Of a DNA stretch of 64,000 nt, positions 41,086 to 50,968 are shown one piece after another; the stretch's first letter is position 1, and every line of letters begins with the position of its first letter. The stretch is from Candidatus Levyibacteriota bacterium (GTDB taxonomy: Bacteria; Patescibacteriota; Microgenomatia; Levybacterales; UBA12049): contig JAUSEW010000002.1 of assembly GCA_030651475.1 (NCBI GenBank), positions 83,927 to 147,926 of the forward strand, in the 5' to 3' direction. The notes below the pieces were generated by a model. That model was not told the origin of the DNA. It made no database searches and saw only the letters and a program-made list of their open reading frames with translations. The position numbers and the translations under genes were made by a program.

Positions 41086-43419
41086 ATGGCTACCTACAGG
41101 TACCGTAGACTTCTCCGAGGTCAAGGCATCAACATTTTCGTCTTAAGCAACCTGGCAAGATTTACATTCTTCGGACTTATCGGATTAATTTTCTTAACTT
41201 TCATTTTATTTATTTCGTATGGCCGTGATTTGCCGACTCCCGGAAAATTAAACTCCTCTAATCTATCTCAATCTACGAAAATTTATGACCGAAATGGAAT
41301 CGTCCTATACGATATTTACCGTACGGAAAATAGAACTTACGTATCCTTAGATATAATTCCGAAAATCCTACGAGAGGCTACGATTGCTACTGAAGATAAG
41401 AATTTTTATCAAAACCAAGGATTTTCGATAACAGGATACTTAAGAGCTATCAGAGACATTATTGTGTTTAGAAAAATTTCCGGAGGATCTACGTTGACAC
41501 AGCAGCTGGTTAAAAATACTCTTTTAACTCCCGAAAGGACGATACCTCGCAAGATTAAAGAGTTTATTTTGTCAACACAGGTTGACAGGAAATACACCAA
41601 AGATCAAATCTTGGAACTTTATCTTAATGTGGCGCCGTATGGGGGTACGATGGTGGGAGTAGAGTCTGCCTCGGAGGGATATTTTGGCAAAAAAGTTAAA
41701 GATCTAAATCTGGCTGAATCGGCTATTTTGGCAGGATTACCGCAAAGGCCATCTTACTATTCTCCATACGGACAAAATCCTAAAGCATATATAGCTAGAG
41801 CCCAAGAGGTGTTAAGGCGGATGCAGGAAGACGGTTATATTACGAAAAAACAAGAGTTGGATGCTGAAAAAAATCTTTCCAGCATAGACTTTTTGTCTCA
41901 AAGTCAATCCATAAAAGCTCCGCACTTTTCCTTTTACGTTAAGGATTTGCTTATTAAGCAGTTTGGAGAAAATCTTGTTGAGCAAGGAGGCCTTCAGGTG
42001 ACAACAACGCTTGACTATAAACTTCAGCAAAAAGCAGAACAGATAGCAAAAGAAGAAGTTGATGCAGCTAAATATCTTAAGGTTGGAAATGGTGCGAGTA
42101 TTGTTTTGGACACGAAAACAGGTGAGATTTTGGCGATGGTTGGGAGCCGCGACTTTTTTGCTACGAAATCAGCAACCGATACCCAATTTGAAGGCCAATT
42201 TAACGTCGTAACTCAAGCTCTTCGTCAGCCCGGTTCATCTATAAAACCCGTAGCCTATGCTACTGCTTTGGAGCGCGGATATACAGCAGCTACTCTTATA
42301 ATGGATGCAAAAACTGTTTTTCCAAATCAGGGAGGCAAAGATTATATTCCTGAAAATTATGATGGAAAATACCATGGGCCGTTGCAGCTTCGTTTCGCTC
42401 TCGGTTCATCAATCAATGTTCCTGCCGTAAAACTTCTAGGTCTTATTGGCGTTAAAAATATGCTTACAACAGCTTATAGGCTAGGGCTTACAACTCTTGC
42501 TCCGACAAAAGAAAACGCAGATCGTTTTGGGCTTTCTTTGACCTTGGGGGGTGGAGAAGTAAAGCTTATTGATCTTGCTTCGGCTTATTCGGCTTTTTCC
42601 AATGGCGGATATCATGTTGAACCCATAAGCATACTTAAAGTTACAGATTCGAAGGGTAATGTTCTTTTTGAACAAAAGTCGGTATCAAAAACGCGCGTTA
42701 TAAGTAGTGAGGTTGCTTTTATAATTTCCCATATGCTTTTGGATAATAACGCCAGGCTTATAACATTTGGAGTTAACAGCTATTTAAATATTCCCGGCAA
42801 AACTATCGCAGTTAAAACCGGTACGACGGACGACAAGAGGGATAATTGGGCAATAGGATGGACGCCGAGCATTTTGGTAGCGGCTTGGGTTGGTAATAAC
42901 GATAATAGTCCAATGGGGAATATAGCTTCCGGAGTTACAGGGGCAACGCCTATTTGGCGCCGCATAATACTTGAGGCTTTGAAAAATAAACCAAATGAGG
43001 ATTTCCAAAAACCGGATAATGTTGCAGCGGTTACCATAGATGCGTTAGGCGGAGGTCTGCCGGTAGATGGACAGTCTACGCGTACGGAATATTTTATAAA
43101 GGGGACAGAGCCGCAAGGCTCAAGCCCGATTTACCAGCAAATAAAAGTTTCCAAAGCCGATTCAAATAAAATAGCCAGTCAAAGCGAACTTGATAAAGGA
43201 GAATATGATACCCGTAATTTTATTGTCTTTAAGGAAAGCGATCCGATATCAACAGATGGTAAGAACCGTTGGCAGGAAGGAATAGATGGGTGGGTGAATG
43301 AAAATCATAAAGATGACCCCTTGTATCACCCGCCAACAGAAGTTTCAACGAGAATAGTTTCCGACACGCCTACCCCTACTTTGTCTCCTGCGCCAACTGC
43401 ATCTGCATCAGCTCAATAA
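41086..43419 (+). CDS. Class A penicillin-binding protein (PBP1A-like)
   Basis: EDKNF and GGSTLTQQL (transglycosylase); SSIK, SIN, KTG (transpeptidase); start set at MATYR. Confidence 0.95.
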   Translation: MATYRYRRLLRGQGINIFVLSNLARFTFFGLIGLIFLTFILFISYGRDLPTPGKLNSSNLSQSTKIYDRNGIVLYDIYRTENRTYVSLDIIPKILREATIATEDKNFYQNQGFSITGYLRAIRDIIVFRKISGGSTLTQQLVKNTLLTPERTIPRKIKEFILSTQVDRKYTKDQILELYLNVAPYGGTMVGVESASEGYFGKKVKDLNLAESAILAGLPQRPSYYSPYGQNPKAYIARAQEVLRRMQEDGYITKKQELDAEKNLSSIDFLSQSQSIKAPHFSFYVKDLLIKQFGENLVEQGGLQVTTTLDYKLQQKAEQIAKEEVDAAKYLKVGNGASIVLDTKTGEILAMVGSRDFFATKSATDTQFEGQFNVVTQALRQPGSSIKPVAYATALERGYTAATLIMDAKTVFPNQGGKDYIPENYDGKYHGPLQLRFALGSSINVPAVKLLGLIGVKNMLTTAYRLGLTTLAPTKENADRFGLSLTLGGGEVKLIDLASAYSAFSNGGYHVEPISILKVTDSKGNVLFEQKSVSKTRVISSEVAFIISHMLLDNNARLITFGVNSYLNIPGKTIAVKTGTTDDKRDNWAIGWTPSILVAAWVGNNDNSPMGNIASGVTGATPIWRRIILEALKNKPNEDFQKPDNVAAVTIDALGGGLPVDGQSTRTEYFIKGTEPQGSSPIYQQIKVSKADSNKIASQSELDKGEYDTRNFIVFKESDPISTDGKNRWQEGIDGWVNENHKDDPLYHPPTEVSTRIVSDTPTPTLSPAPTASASAQ

Positions 43420-43422
43420 GTT

Positions 43423-45306
43423 TTATTCTTTTTGCGTTGCACCAAATTTACTTTTGAGGGTTTTTAATATTTTTTCGCGAATCTTTGAAACATCTTCATT
43501 AGATAAATTACCGTTTTTATCTTGATAAACAATATGGAACGTTTTTGTTTTTTCAAATTGACTCAACAAAGATACGTTGATTATTTTTTCACTTTGTTCC
43601 TTGATGGTTTTTATTAATTCCCCAATTGCTATTCGCTTATCAATTATTAAAGATAAATCTTCAAATACAGGCGGATATTTTGGAATTGGCACAAATGTTC
43701 TGTTAAGATTTATTTTTTCCAAAAGTTTGGAAAAGTTTAGTTCGAAAACAATAGTGTCATCTTCAGATTGGATAAGCCCGGATGGATCATCGGTAATTCC
43801 CAGTTGGTCAAATAATTCTTCCAATAATCCTTTAATCTCAAAAAACGTTTTTGAATTAGAAATTCCGGAAAGAAAGTAAGCTTCTTCCGCATTATCCAAA
43901 CTTTTACCTAGATATGCCTTGCCTAGCTCGAAAAGATTTATTTTTTCAAAATTAGGCTTGTTTTGTATTAAAGCTTTTTTAAGACCTATCTTAAGAGTTG
44001 AACGTAAATATTCAAAATCGCGGCTGATCGGATTATCAATGCGTAAAATATTTTCAGGGTCAAACCCCGCATCGGCAATATCGTTTTCACTTAGCAAGCT
44101 GTAAGTGTATATTTCTGAAAATCCGCAAGACGTAAAAATATTCTTGACTTTTTCTTCCAATTTATAATCTTTAAAATATGGGATTTGTTTGATAGGGATT
44201 TGTCCCAACGGTAAAGCTTTTGGAAATTTATTGTACCCATATAGTCTGGCTACCTCCTCTATTAAATCTTCTTCTATTTTTAAATCATTTCTGTATGTTG
44301 GGATAATAGTTTCTATTAAATTTTTATCAGCAATTTTTTTAGGTGATAAATTTAAGGAGTCTAAAATACTTAAAACATTCTTTTCCGGAATATTAACTCC
44401 AAGGATTTTTGCTAGTCTGTCTAATCTAAGCTCAAGTTTCCAGGGAGAGAAGTCAGACTTCTTAAGATCGTATAAATTGCTTGCTATTTCCCCGCCTGCC
44501 AATTTCAATACCAAGTCAACACATCTTCTCAATGTCTCGATTGTCCCGCCGCTATTAACTCCTCTTTCGAAAATAGCACTTGCCTCCGATCGAAGACCAA
44601 GCGCTTGAGAAGTTTTTCTTATAAAGGTGGGCACCTCTATAGGGACTCTTATGAAGATAGTTTTGGTTTCGTTAGAAATTTGACTGTTAAATCCTCCTTT
44701 AATTCCGCAGAGATCTATAATTTTTTCGCTGTCTTTTATAACAACTGCGTCTTTTGGAAGATGATAAGTTACACTATCTACACTTTTGAATTCTTCTCCG
44801 CCATTGGTTTGTGTAACATTAAGTACGCTACCTTTTATTTTTTCATAATCAAAAGCATGAAGGGGGTTGCCCAATTCGAGCATTACGTAATTTGTAATAT
44901 CAACGATATTATTTATCGGCCTAAGGCCTACTTTTTGTAACCTTTTTTTCAGCCAAACAGGAGATTCTTTAACCGTTATCCTGTCAATAATAATTCCCGT
45001 GAATCTCGGATTTATTTTATAATCAGCATTGATTGTTAATGATAGGGATTTTTGTGGCTTTGAGATATTAGGTAATTTAGGGAGTTTAATAGTTTTTTTT
45101 TCAATTGCGGCAATTTCTCTGGCAATTCCTATTATTGACAATAAATCCGGACGGTTTGGGGTTATTTCAAATTCAAAAATTGTGTCGTCATCAGCTTTTG
45201 AAATCCGCTCTGTTCCTAAGCCCACTTCAGTTAATCGCTCGCCCAATTCTTTGGGGCTAAGCGTTATATCTACATATTCTTTAAGCCATGAAAGCGGTGC
45301 AATCAT
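43423..45306 (-). CDS. pheT: Phenylalanine-tRNA ligase beta subunit (short form)
   Basis: SWLKEY, ITPNRPD, NNIVDITNY, DLIEEVARLYGY; lacks the OB domain. Confidence 0.95.
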   Translation of the reverse strand: MIAPLSWLKEYVDITLSPKELGERLTEVGLGTERISKADDDTIFEFEITPNRPDLLSIIGIAREIAAIEKKTIKLPKLPNISKPQKSLSLTINADYKINPRFTGIIIDRITVKESPVWLKKRLQKVGLRPINNIVDITNYVMLELGNPLHAFDYEKIKGSVLNVTQTNGGEEFKSVDSVTYHLPKDAVVIKDSEKIIDLCGIKGGFNSQISNETKTIFIRVPIEVPTFIRKTSQALGLRSEASAIFERGVNSGGTIETLRRCVDLVLKLAGGEIASNLYDLKKSDFSPWKLELRLDRLAKILGVNIPEKNVLSILDSLNLSPKKIADKNLIETIIPTYRNDLKIEEDLIEEVARLYGYNKFPKALPLGQIPIKQIPYFKDYKLEEKVKNIFTSCGFSEIYTYSLLSENDIADAGFDPENILRIDNPISRDFEYLRSTLKIGLKKALIQNKPNFEKINLFELGKAYLGKSLDNAEEAYFLSGISNSKTFFEIKGLLEELFDQLGITDDPSGLIQSEDDTIVFELNFSKLLEKINLNRTFVPIPKYPPVFEDLSLIIDKRIAIGELIKTIKEQSEKIINVSLLSQFEKTKTFHIVYQDKNGNLSNEDVSKIREKILKTLKSKFGATQKE

Positions 45307-45309
45307 AAT

Positions 45310-46344
45310 TTAAAATTGTTCCAGAATTCTCATATCCGGATTAGTCAAAAGCCGAAGATCATCCATTTGGTAGCGTAAAGTTGCAAGCCTTGATAGTCCA
45401 ACTCCAAAGGCGAAACCATGATATTTATTGGGATCGATATTGACGTTTCTTAAGACATTAGGATGTATCATTCCTGCTCCCAAAATTTCTACCCAGCCGG
45501 AATTTTTACAGAACGTGCAGCCTTTTCCTTTACAGACATTGCAGCTAATATATGCTTCTGCTCCCGGTTCTACGAAGGGAAAGTTATGGCAAACGAAACG
45601 AACTTTAGTTTTTTCCCCGAAAAACTTTTTAAAGAAATATTCAATAACCCCAAATAAATCTGTCATTTTAATATTCTCATCAACTGCAAATCCCTCAAAT
45701 TGCTGGAATTCAAATCCGTGAGAAACGTCCACCTGTTCGTATCGAAACACCTTTCCAGGAACTATAATTCTAAAAGGCGGTTTAATTTTTTCCATTATTC
45801 GTCCTTGCATGTTTGACGTTTGAGTTCTTAACAGTGTTTCTCCGGCAGCGATTCTACTATTTCTTGTATCAACATAGAGTGTTTGTTGAGTATCTCTTGA
45901 CGGATGGTCTTTTGGGATATTAAGAGCTTCGAAATTATAATAATCGGTTTCGATTTCAGGACCATCAGCTACCTGGAATCCTATTCTTTTGAATATATCC
46001 ACAACTTCATACAAAACCTGCGTCATTGGGTGCAAATGTCCGATGTCTGGTTTTATTCCCGGAATAGTTGTGTCAATATCTATTTTATTTTGAGAATTTT
46101 GATTCGAAAGTTTTTCTTGTGCTTGGGAAATTGTTTCTTCTATTGTCTTTTTTACTTCGTTAGCCAGTCTTCCGATCTCCCCTCTTTTTTCCAAAGGAAG
46201 TTTGGGAAGTTCTTTCAGAAGAAGCGTCAATTTGCCGCTTCGCCCCAAGAATTGCAGTTTTAATTCCTCTAATTCTTTTAAATTATCGCAATCAAGAATT
46301 AAAGATAAAGCCGAATTTTTAACACCAATCAATTCTTCTCCCAT
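45310..46344 (-). CDS. pheS: Phenylalanine-tRNA ligase alpha subunit
   Basis: HPSRD, LRTQTS, FPFVEP, GFAFG. Confidence 0.96.
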   Translation of the reverse strand: MGEELIGVKNSALSLILDCDNLKELEELKLQFLGRSGKLTLLLKELPKLPLEKRGEIGRLANEVKKTIEETISQAQEKLSNQNSQNKIDIDTTIPGIKPDIGHLHPMTQVLYEVVDIFKRIGFQVADGPEIETDYYNFEALNIPKDHPSRDTQQTLYVDTRNSRIAAGETLLRTQTSNMQGRIMEKIKPPFRIIVPGKVFRYEQVDVSHGFEFQQFEGFAVDENIKMTDLFGVIEYFFKKFFGEKTKVRFVCHNFPFVEPGAEAYISCNVCKGKGCTFCKNSGWVEILGAGMIHPNVLRNVNIDPNKYHGFAFGVGLSRLATLRYQMDDLRLLTNPDMRILEQF

Positions 46345-46372
46345 AACTTAAGAATACCATAATTATTAGTAT

Positions 46373-46396
46373 AAAAAAACCTCCCTTTTGGGAGGT
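46373..46396 (-). terminator. Intrinsic terminator after rplT
   Basis: Minus strand ACCTCCC-AAAA-GGGAGGT followed by a T-run. Confidence 0.8.
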
Positions 46397-46420
46397 CATC
46401 CTATCTCTATATAGCTAATA

Positions 46421-46771
46421 TCAAACATTTTTGACTTTGTCAACGATGGTTTTGAAAGCGGCCGGATCGCTAATCAAAAGATTGCTTAATATCTTCCTAT
46501 CAAGTTCAATATTTGCTTTCTTAAGCTTGTTAATAAAAACGCTGTAAGATATCCCTTCTTGTTTTACGGCTTGGGAAATTCTGGTTATCCAAAGCTGCCT
46601 GAAATCTCTCTTCTTGAGTTTCCTTCCGGCGAACGCGTAAGCTCCGGCATGAAGAGCCGCATCCCGCGCAACTGTTATTAGACGGCTTTTTGTCGCCCTA
46701 AAGCCTTTCGTGAGACTTAGTGCTTTCTTATGTTTTCTTTTTACTACAAGTCCTCTTTTAACTCTTGTCAT
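46421..46771 (-). CDS. rplT: 50S ribosomal protein L20
   Basis: MTRVKRG, KKRDFR.LWITRI, LDRKILS. Confidence 0.97.
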   Translation of the reverse strand: MTRVKRGLVVKRKHKKALSLTKGFRATKSRLITVARDAALHAGAYAFAGRKLKKRDFRQLWITRISQAVKQEGISYSVFINKLKKANIELDRKILSNLLISDPAAFKTIVDKVKNV

Positions 46772-46787
46772 AGATTCGAATTCCTCA

Positions 46788-46819
46788 CTATGACCCTGAA
46801 TTTATTGAACGGGTCATAG
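46788..46819. repeat. REP-like hairpin between rpmI and rplT
   Basis: CTATGACCCTGAATTTATTGAACGGGTCATAG. Confidence 0.6.
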
Positions 46820-46820
46820 A

Positions 46821-47018
46821 TTAAGCTCTCCCTAACATCTTTTTTATTCTTCTCGCAAATGCGCCTTTTAACATTCCCGGTTCTTTATGCCGTCTGCTTC
46901 GGCTTGCGGATTTGTTGATTTTCAAATGCCCGGCATACTGATGCGAGAACATCACTTTACCTGTTTTGGTGACCTTAAACCTTTTTGATACCGATTTCTT
47001 TATTTTCTTTTTTGGCAT
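46821..47018 (-). CDS. rpmI: 50S ribosomal protein L35
   Basis: MPK.K..K...KRFKVT.TGK. Confidence 0.95.
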   Translation of the reverse strand: MPKKKIKKSVSKRFKVTKTGKVMFSHQYAGHLKINKSASRSRRHKEPGMLKGAFARRIKKMLGRA

Positions 47019-47565
47019 ATTCTTTTTTCCTTTCCGGCGACAATAAAGTTATTAATTGCGGCCCTTCGAAATGTACTTCTCTATCAACCTTTGAAACGTC
47101 AGATACCGCCGCAACCACTTTTTGCATGATCTCTTTTCCAAATTCGGGATGCGCGATCTGCCGTCCCCTAAACTTCAATACCAATCTTACTTTGTCATTA
47201 TCTTCTAAAAATTCCCTTGATCTCCTGATCACGACTTGCAAATCATGTTCGTTCATGAAAGGACCAAGTCTTAATTCTTTGGTTTCCGAAATTTTACTTT
47301 TTTTCTTTTCTTCCTTTTTTTTCTTGGCCTCTTGATATATAAATTTTTTAAAGTCAATGATTTTGGCTACTGGTGGTTTTGCCATCGGGGCAACTTCTAC
47401 CAGATCGAGTCCTTCTTGTCTTGCCTTTGTCAGTGCTTCAAATTTAGATAGTACTCCGATTTGCTTACCAAGACTATCTAAAACACGAAGGGTGTGAGCG
47501 AAAATCCGCTCGTTCACCCTATAAAATTTTCTTTCTTCCTGTCTTTTTTTAAATCTTCTTATCAA
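46975..47565 (-). CDS. infC: Translation initiation factor IF-3 (non-AUG start, position uncertain)
   Basis: VNERI, GLDLVEV, PPVAKI, FRGRQ. Confidence 0.93.
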   Translation of the reverse strand: MIRRFKKRQEERKFYRVNERIFAHTLRVLDSLGKQIGVLSKFEALTKARQEGLDLVEVAPMAKPPVAKIIDFKKFIYQEAKKKKEEKKKSKISETKELRLGPFMNEHDLQVVIRRSREFLEDNDKVRLVLKFRGRQIAHPEFGKEIMQKVVAAVSDVSKVDREVHFEGPQLITLLSPERKKEYAKKENKEIGIKKV

Positions 47566-48757
47566 TTTCTTCTTTTACCCTTTGTAAAAATTTGGAAACT
47601 TCAATTGGTCCTAGATCTTTGCCTTCCCTTGTTCTTACGGAAATCGTTTGATTTGCGATTTCTCTATCTCCTATTATACCCATAAAAGGCACTTTTTGTA
47701 AAGTAGCATTCCTGATTTTTGCCTGAAGAGTTTCCTGCCGATTATCAAGCTCCACTCGGATATTCTCCTTCTTAAATTTCTCAACCAAATCTTGCGCTCC
47801 TTTTGTTTGTCTGTCTGTAATCGGCAATATCTCGACTTGCACAGGCGAAAGCCATAATGGAAAAGCTCCCTGATAATGCTCGGTTAAAATTCCTATAAAT
47901 CTTTCAAAAGATCCGAAGATAGCCCGATGAATCATTACCGGCCTTTTTAGCGTTCCGTCTTTATCAGCATATTCAAGCTGCATTTTTTCCGGGATTTGAA
48001 AGTCGAGTTGAATTGTCGCCAATTGCCAATCTCTGTCTTGGGAGTCTTTAATGTGGATGTCTATTTTCGGGCCATAAAAAGCTCCGTCTTTTTCTTTTAT
48101 TCCGTATTTTACTTTGGCAGTTTTCAATGCCCCCTCTAGGTCTTTTTCTGCTTTTTCCCAAAGCTTTGGATCACCCATTGCCTTCTCAGGTTTAGTAGAA
48201 AAATAAAATTCAGGTTTAAACGCCAGAGATTTATAGAAATTGATTACTAATAATATTAGTTTATGAATTTCTTCTTGGATTTGGTCAGGCTGAACGTAAA
48301 GATGGGCATCGTCAATCGTAAATTGTCTGACTCTAAATAATCCTCCCAAAACGCCGGAAAGCTCGCGCCGATGAAGTATCCCGTAATCGGAAAATTTAAT
48401 TGGAAGGTCTTGATAACTCCTTGTCCTTGATGAATAAATAAGTGTTGATTCAGGGCAATTCATTGGTTTTAAAGAATAGGTTTCTTTTTCCAGTTCCAGG
48501 TTGAACATATTCTGCTCGCCAAAATGTTCCCAGTGTCCGGATTGTTTAAAAAGCGTATTCTTAACCATTACAGGTGTATTAATTTCTTTATAGCCTTCAT
48601 CTTCTGTTATTTTCCTAACATACTCCTGAAGAGTTTTGTAAATTACCCAGCCCTTAGGATGCCAAAAAACTGCTCCCGGAGCAACATCATGAAACGAAAA
48701 TAGATCAAGTTCTTTGCCAATTTGCCTGTGGTCTTTAAGTGCTGTTTTGCTGTCCAT
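47549..48757 (-). CDS. thrS: Threonine-tRNA ligase lacking N-terminal editing domains
   Basis: DHR.IG, KPMNCP, FYGPKID, HRA.FGS.ERF. Confidence 0.96.
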   Translation of the reverse strand: MDSKTALKDHRQIGKELDLFSFHDVAPGAVFWHPKGWVIYKTLQEYVRKITEDEGYKEINTPVMVKNTLFKQSGHWEHFGEQNMFNLELEKETYSLKPMNCPESTLIYSSRTRSYQDLPIKFSDYGILHRRELSGVLGGLFRVRQFTIDDAHLYVQPDQIQEEIHKLILLVINFYKSLAFKPEFYFSTKPEKAMGDPKLWEKAEKDLEGALKTAKVKYGIKEKDGAFYGPKIDIHIKDSQDRDWQLATIQLDFQIPEKMQLEYADKDGTLKRPVMIHRAIFGSFERFIGILTEHYQGAFPLWLSPVQVEILPITDRQTKGAQDLVEKFKKENIRVELDNRQETLQAKIRNATLQKVPFMGIIGDREIANQTISVRTREGKDLGPIEVSKFLQRVKEEIDKKI

Positions 48758-48783
48758 AGAAATTATTTTATCAGGTTAAGACT

Positions 48784-49386
48784 TCAAAGTCCAAGAGTAC
48801 TACTTATTGATTGCATTGCGGTTAGCGTTATTAAGATAAATTCGGGAAGAGGAATTCCCAGCTTTAACTCGCACATTTTTATCGCTTCCCTATTGGCGCC
48901 TTTGGCAAAAGAATTGTCGTTAAATTTCTCCAAAATAAATTCCGATGTGACCGTAGCAAGCATTTTACCTTGCCCCGCCGAAGTCTCTGACGAAGGTGGG
49001 TCGGGACGGACAAGCGTTGCTGCGACAATTAATCCTGTTAGCTGGTCGGCGCAATAAATACTCCAATCCATAAGACTGATTGGTTCTATTTTGGTATTTT
49101 CGAAGTTATGAGATTTTATCGCATAAGCAATATCTGGCGGAATGAGCGGCTGTTTTTCGCAGATTAACAAACCGTGAATTTCCGGATTGCCTTTGCTTAA
49201 CTGGTAATCAGCATCATGCAATAATCCCGTAATTCCCCATTTTTCTTCAGCTAAAATATCGTAAGGTTGAGGGTTCAATCTTCGGTATAGCGTTTTCATT
49301 ACCGTTTCAGCAGCCAAACAATGTTTGATAAGATTGGGATTGGTTAAATAAGTTGTTAAGATTTGATACGCTTCATCTCTAGTCAT
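48784..49386 (-). CDS. HD-domain phosphohydrolase
   Basis: IKHC, GLLHDADY, SH, ADQLTGLI; carries a REP-derived insertion. Confidence 0.88.
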   Translation of the reverse strand: MTRDEAYQILTTYLTNPNLIKHCLAAETVMKTLYRRLNPQPYDILAEEKWGITGLLHDADYQLSKGNPEIHGLLICEKQPLIPPDIAYAIKSHNFENTKIEPISLMDWSIYCADQLTGLIVAATLVRPDPPSSETSAGQGKMLATVTSEFILEKFNDNSFAKGANREAIKMCELKLGIPLPEFILITLTAMQSISSTLGL

Positions 49387-49468
49387 AGGATTATAATATC
49401 ATCTTTTGGATGATAAGAATGCTAAATTGTTTTACGAGATAAATTTTGTTACAATCTTAATGTAGTTT

Positions 49469-49545
49469 GGGTTCGTAGCTCAGTTGGTTAGAGCGTTACA
49501 TTGACATTGTAAAGGTCAGAGGTTCGACTCCTCTCGGGCCCACCA
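49469..49545 (+). tRNA. tRNA-Val(GAC)
   Basis: Cloverleaf; TTACA-TTGACAT-TGTAA anticodon arm; GTTCGAC; encoded CCA. Confidence 0.95.
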
Positions 49546-49713
49546 TTCTGGAGGCCGCCGTTTTCTGAAGTTTTTCAGCTGAGATTTTCTATATCAAACC
49601 ACAGAAATTAATTTGCGTTGATGGCGACATATCAAAATGTTTCATTTTTTAACCTTGTCAAGAGGCAATTTATATTGAAAAATCATACTAACTTGGTAAT
49701 TAAGCAATTTTGC

Positions 49714-49796
49714 TGATATAATGAATTTATCCAAGTCCTCGCTTTGCCTATCTCCAGCTTCCGCTGGGGGATTTACTTAGCGAGGCAAATTTTTTT
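49714..49796 (+). ncRNA. Candidate small structured RNA with promoter, convergent on the DUF3800 gene
   Basis: TGATATAAT (49714-49722); CCTCGCT/AGCGAGG outer stem; CCAGC/GCTGG inner stem; T7 run. Confidence 0.55.
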
Positions 49797-50528
49797 CCAA
49801 TAGAACACGTTTATTTTCTGATACTCAAAACTTGGCCAGTAATAGTTAGCTTTCATCTTGCATTTTTCAGCTATCCCCGGACACTTACTTAAAAGTGCTT
49901 TGCGGTAGATATTTTTATGTTTTTCCGCTCCCGTTAGAATTTTTCTATGGACATCTGCAAAGCTCAATATCAAACCGGTTAAAAAATCGGTTGCTTGAAT
50001 CATATTGGAAACGCCTGTAAATTCTCCGTTTTTTGCCCTATTTTTAGAATCCCGCCGATACACTTGTACAATAGTTGTATCTTTTTGTTTCAAAAAAGTC
50101 GGCAAAATAACATTACCTTGAAAACCTTTGTCGTCAATATTCAAGAGTTTCTTGTGTTGTTCATATTTTTCAGGACTGATCGAACGGCAAAGTTCGGCGT
50201 AGGCGGAAACGTATGCCATATCCTTTTTATCTAAACCATAATGGTTATCTTCAAAATAATCTTTGTTAGAAAAAAGGTTATCTTTAATGAGTATTTTAAA
50301 ATAAATATCTTCTGTTAAGAGAAAATAATCTATGAGTCTGACGGCGTAAAGAATCTGGGAATAATCTGTTGAGGAGTATTTCAACTCTCTTTTTTCATAT
50401 CCGCACTCTTTTCGGATTTTTTGAATATTTTGCATGTGGATGGTAGGCGTAGTAGTGAATAAGAAACCGACAGCCCAAATTTTGTCAGCGCCTGGAGTAT
50501 TTGATTCATCGCCGTATAGATATAACAT
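49773..50528 (-). CDS. DUF3800-family (RNase H-like) protein
   Basis: N-terminal YLYGDES, ELKYS, late DS....IQATDFL pattern. Confidence 0.75.
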   Translation of the reverse strand: MLYLYGDESNTPGADKIWAVGFLFTTTPTIHMQNIQKIRKECGYEKRELKYSSTDYSQILYAVRLIDYFLLTEDIYFKILIKDNLFSNKDYFEDNHYGLDKKDMAYVSAYAELCRSISPEKYEQHKKLLNIDDKGFQGNVILPTFLKQKDTTIVQVYRRDSKNRAKNGEFTGVSNMIQATDFLTGLILSFADVHRKILTGAEKHKNIYRKALLSKCPGIAEKCKMKANYYWPSFEYQKINVFYWKKICLAK

Positions 50529-50596
50529 CTTCTTATCTTATCACTTTCTACTGTCTCAATTTCCTCGGAGGGAGGGTCGTAGGGTTTATAAACTAC

Positions 50597-50968
50597 CTAA
50601 TCGATCTTGCCATAGAAAGCTAGACTTCCCTTTGTAATTCTTTTGTACTTCCATCCTTGTCGCTTACAATACGCTTTGGCACTTTCACCCTTTAATTTTG
50701 TAGAAACCCATAAAAGTAAAGGCAAACCTTTTGTCTCGTGCAACTCTTTTGACCCATCTTGATATTCCACTAAAAAATCCGGTAAATAATTGTGAGTAAA
50801 ACCAAGCAGCTTATAAGGAATTCTAATCCCATGTTTTTTAGTCCAGCTTTTTACTGCCGGATCTCTTTCTAGTTCCACCATATACTCTCGTTCTAATGCT
50901 GAATCGTAACTTTCCCAACCACTAGAACTTTTTCTTAACTGTGTTAATCTTCCATGCTTTGTTATCAT
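50597..50968 (-). CDS. Stand-alone TnsA-N-like PD-(D/E)XK endonuclease
   Basis: YDSALE...IPY....HNYLPDFLV.....LHETKG; start overlaps the helicase stop (ATGA). Confidence 0.85.
   Translation of the reverse strand: MITKHGRLTQLRKSSSGWESYDSALEREYMVELERDPAVKSWTKKHGIRIPYKLLGFTHNYLPDFLVEYQDGSKELHETKGLPLLLWVSTKLKGESAKAYCKRQGWKYKRITKGSLAFYGKID

Noticed and set aside
50597-50968. Tn7-like transposon
   Set aside because: TnsA-like domain only; no TnsB, TnsC or TniQ, and the gene is coupled to a Res-type helicase.
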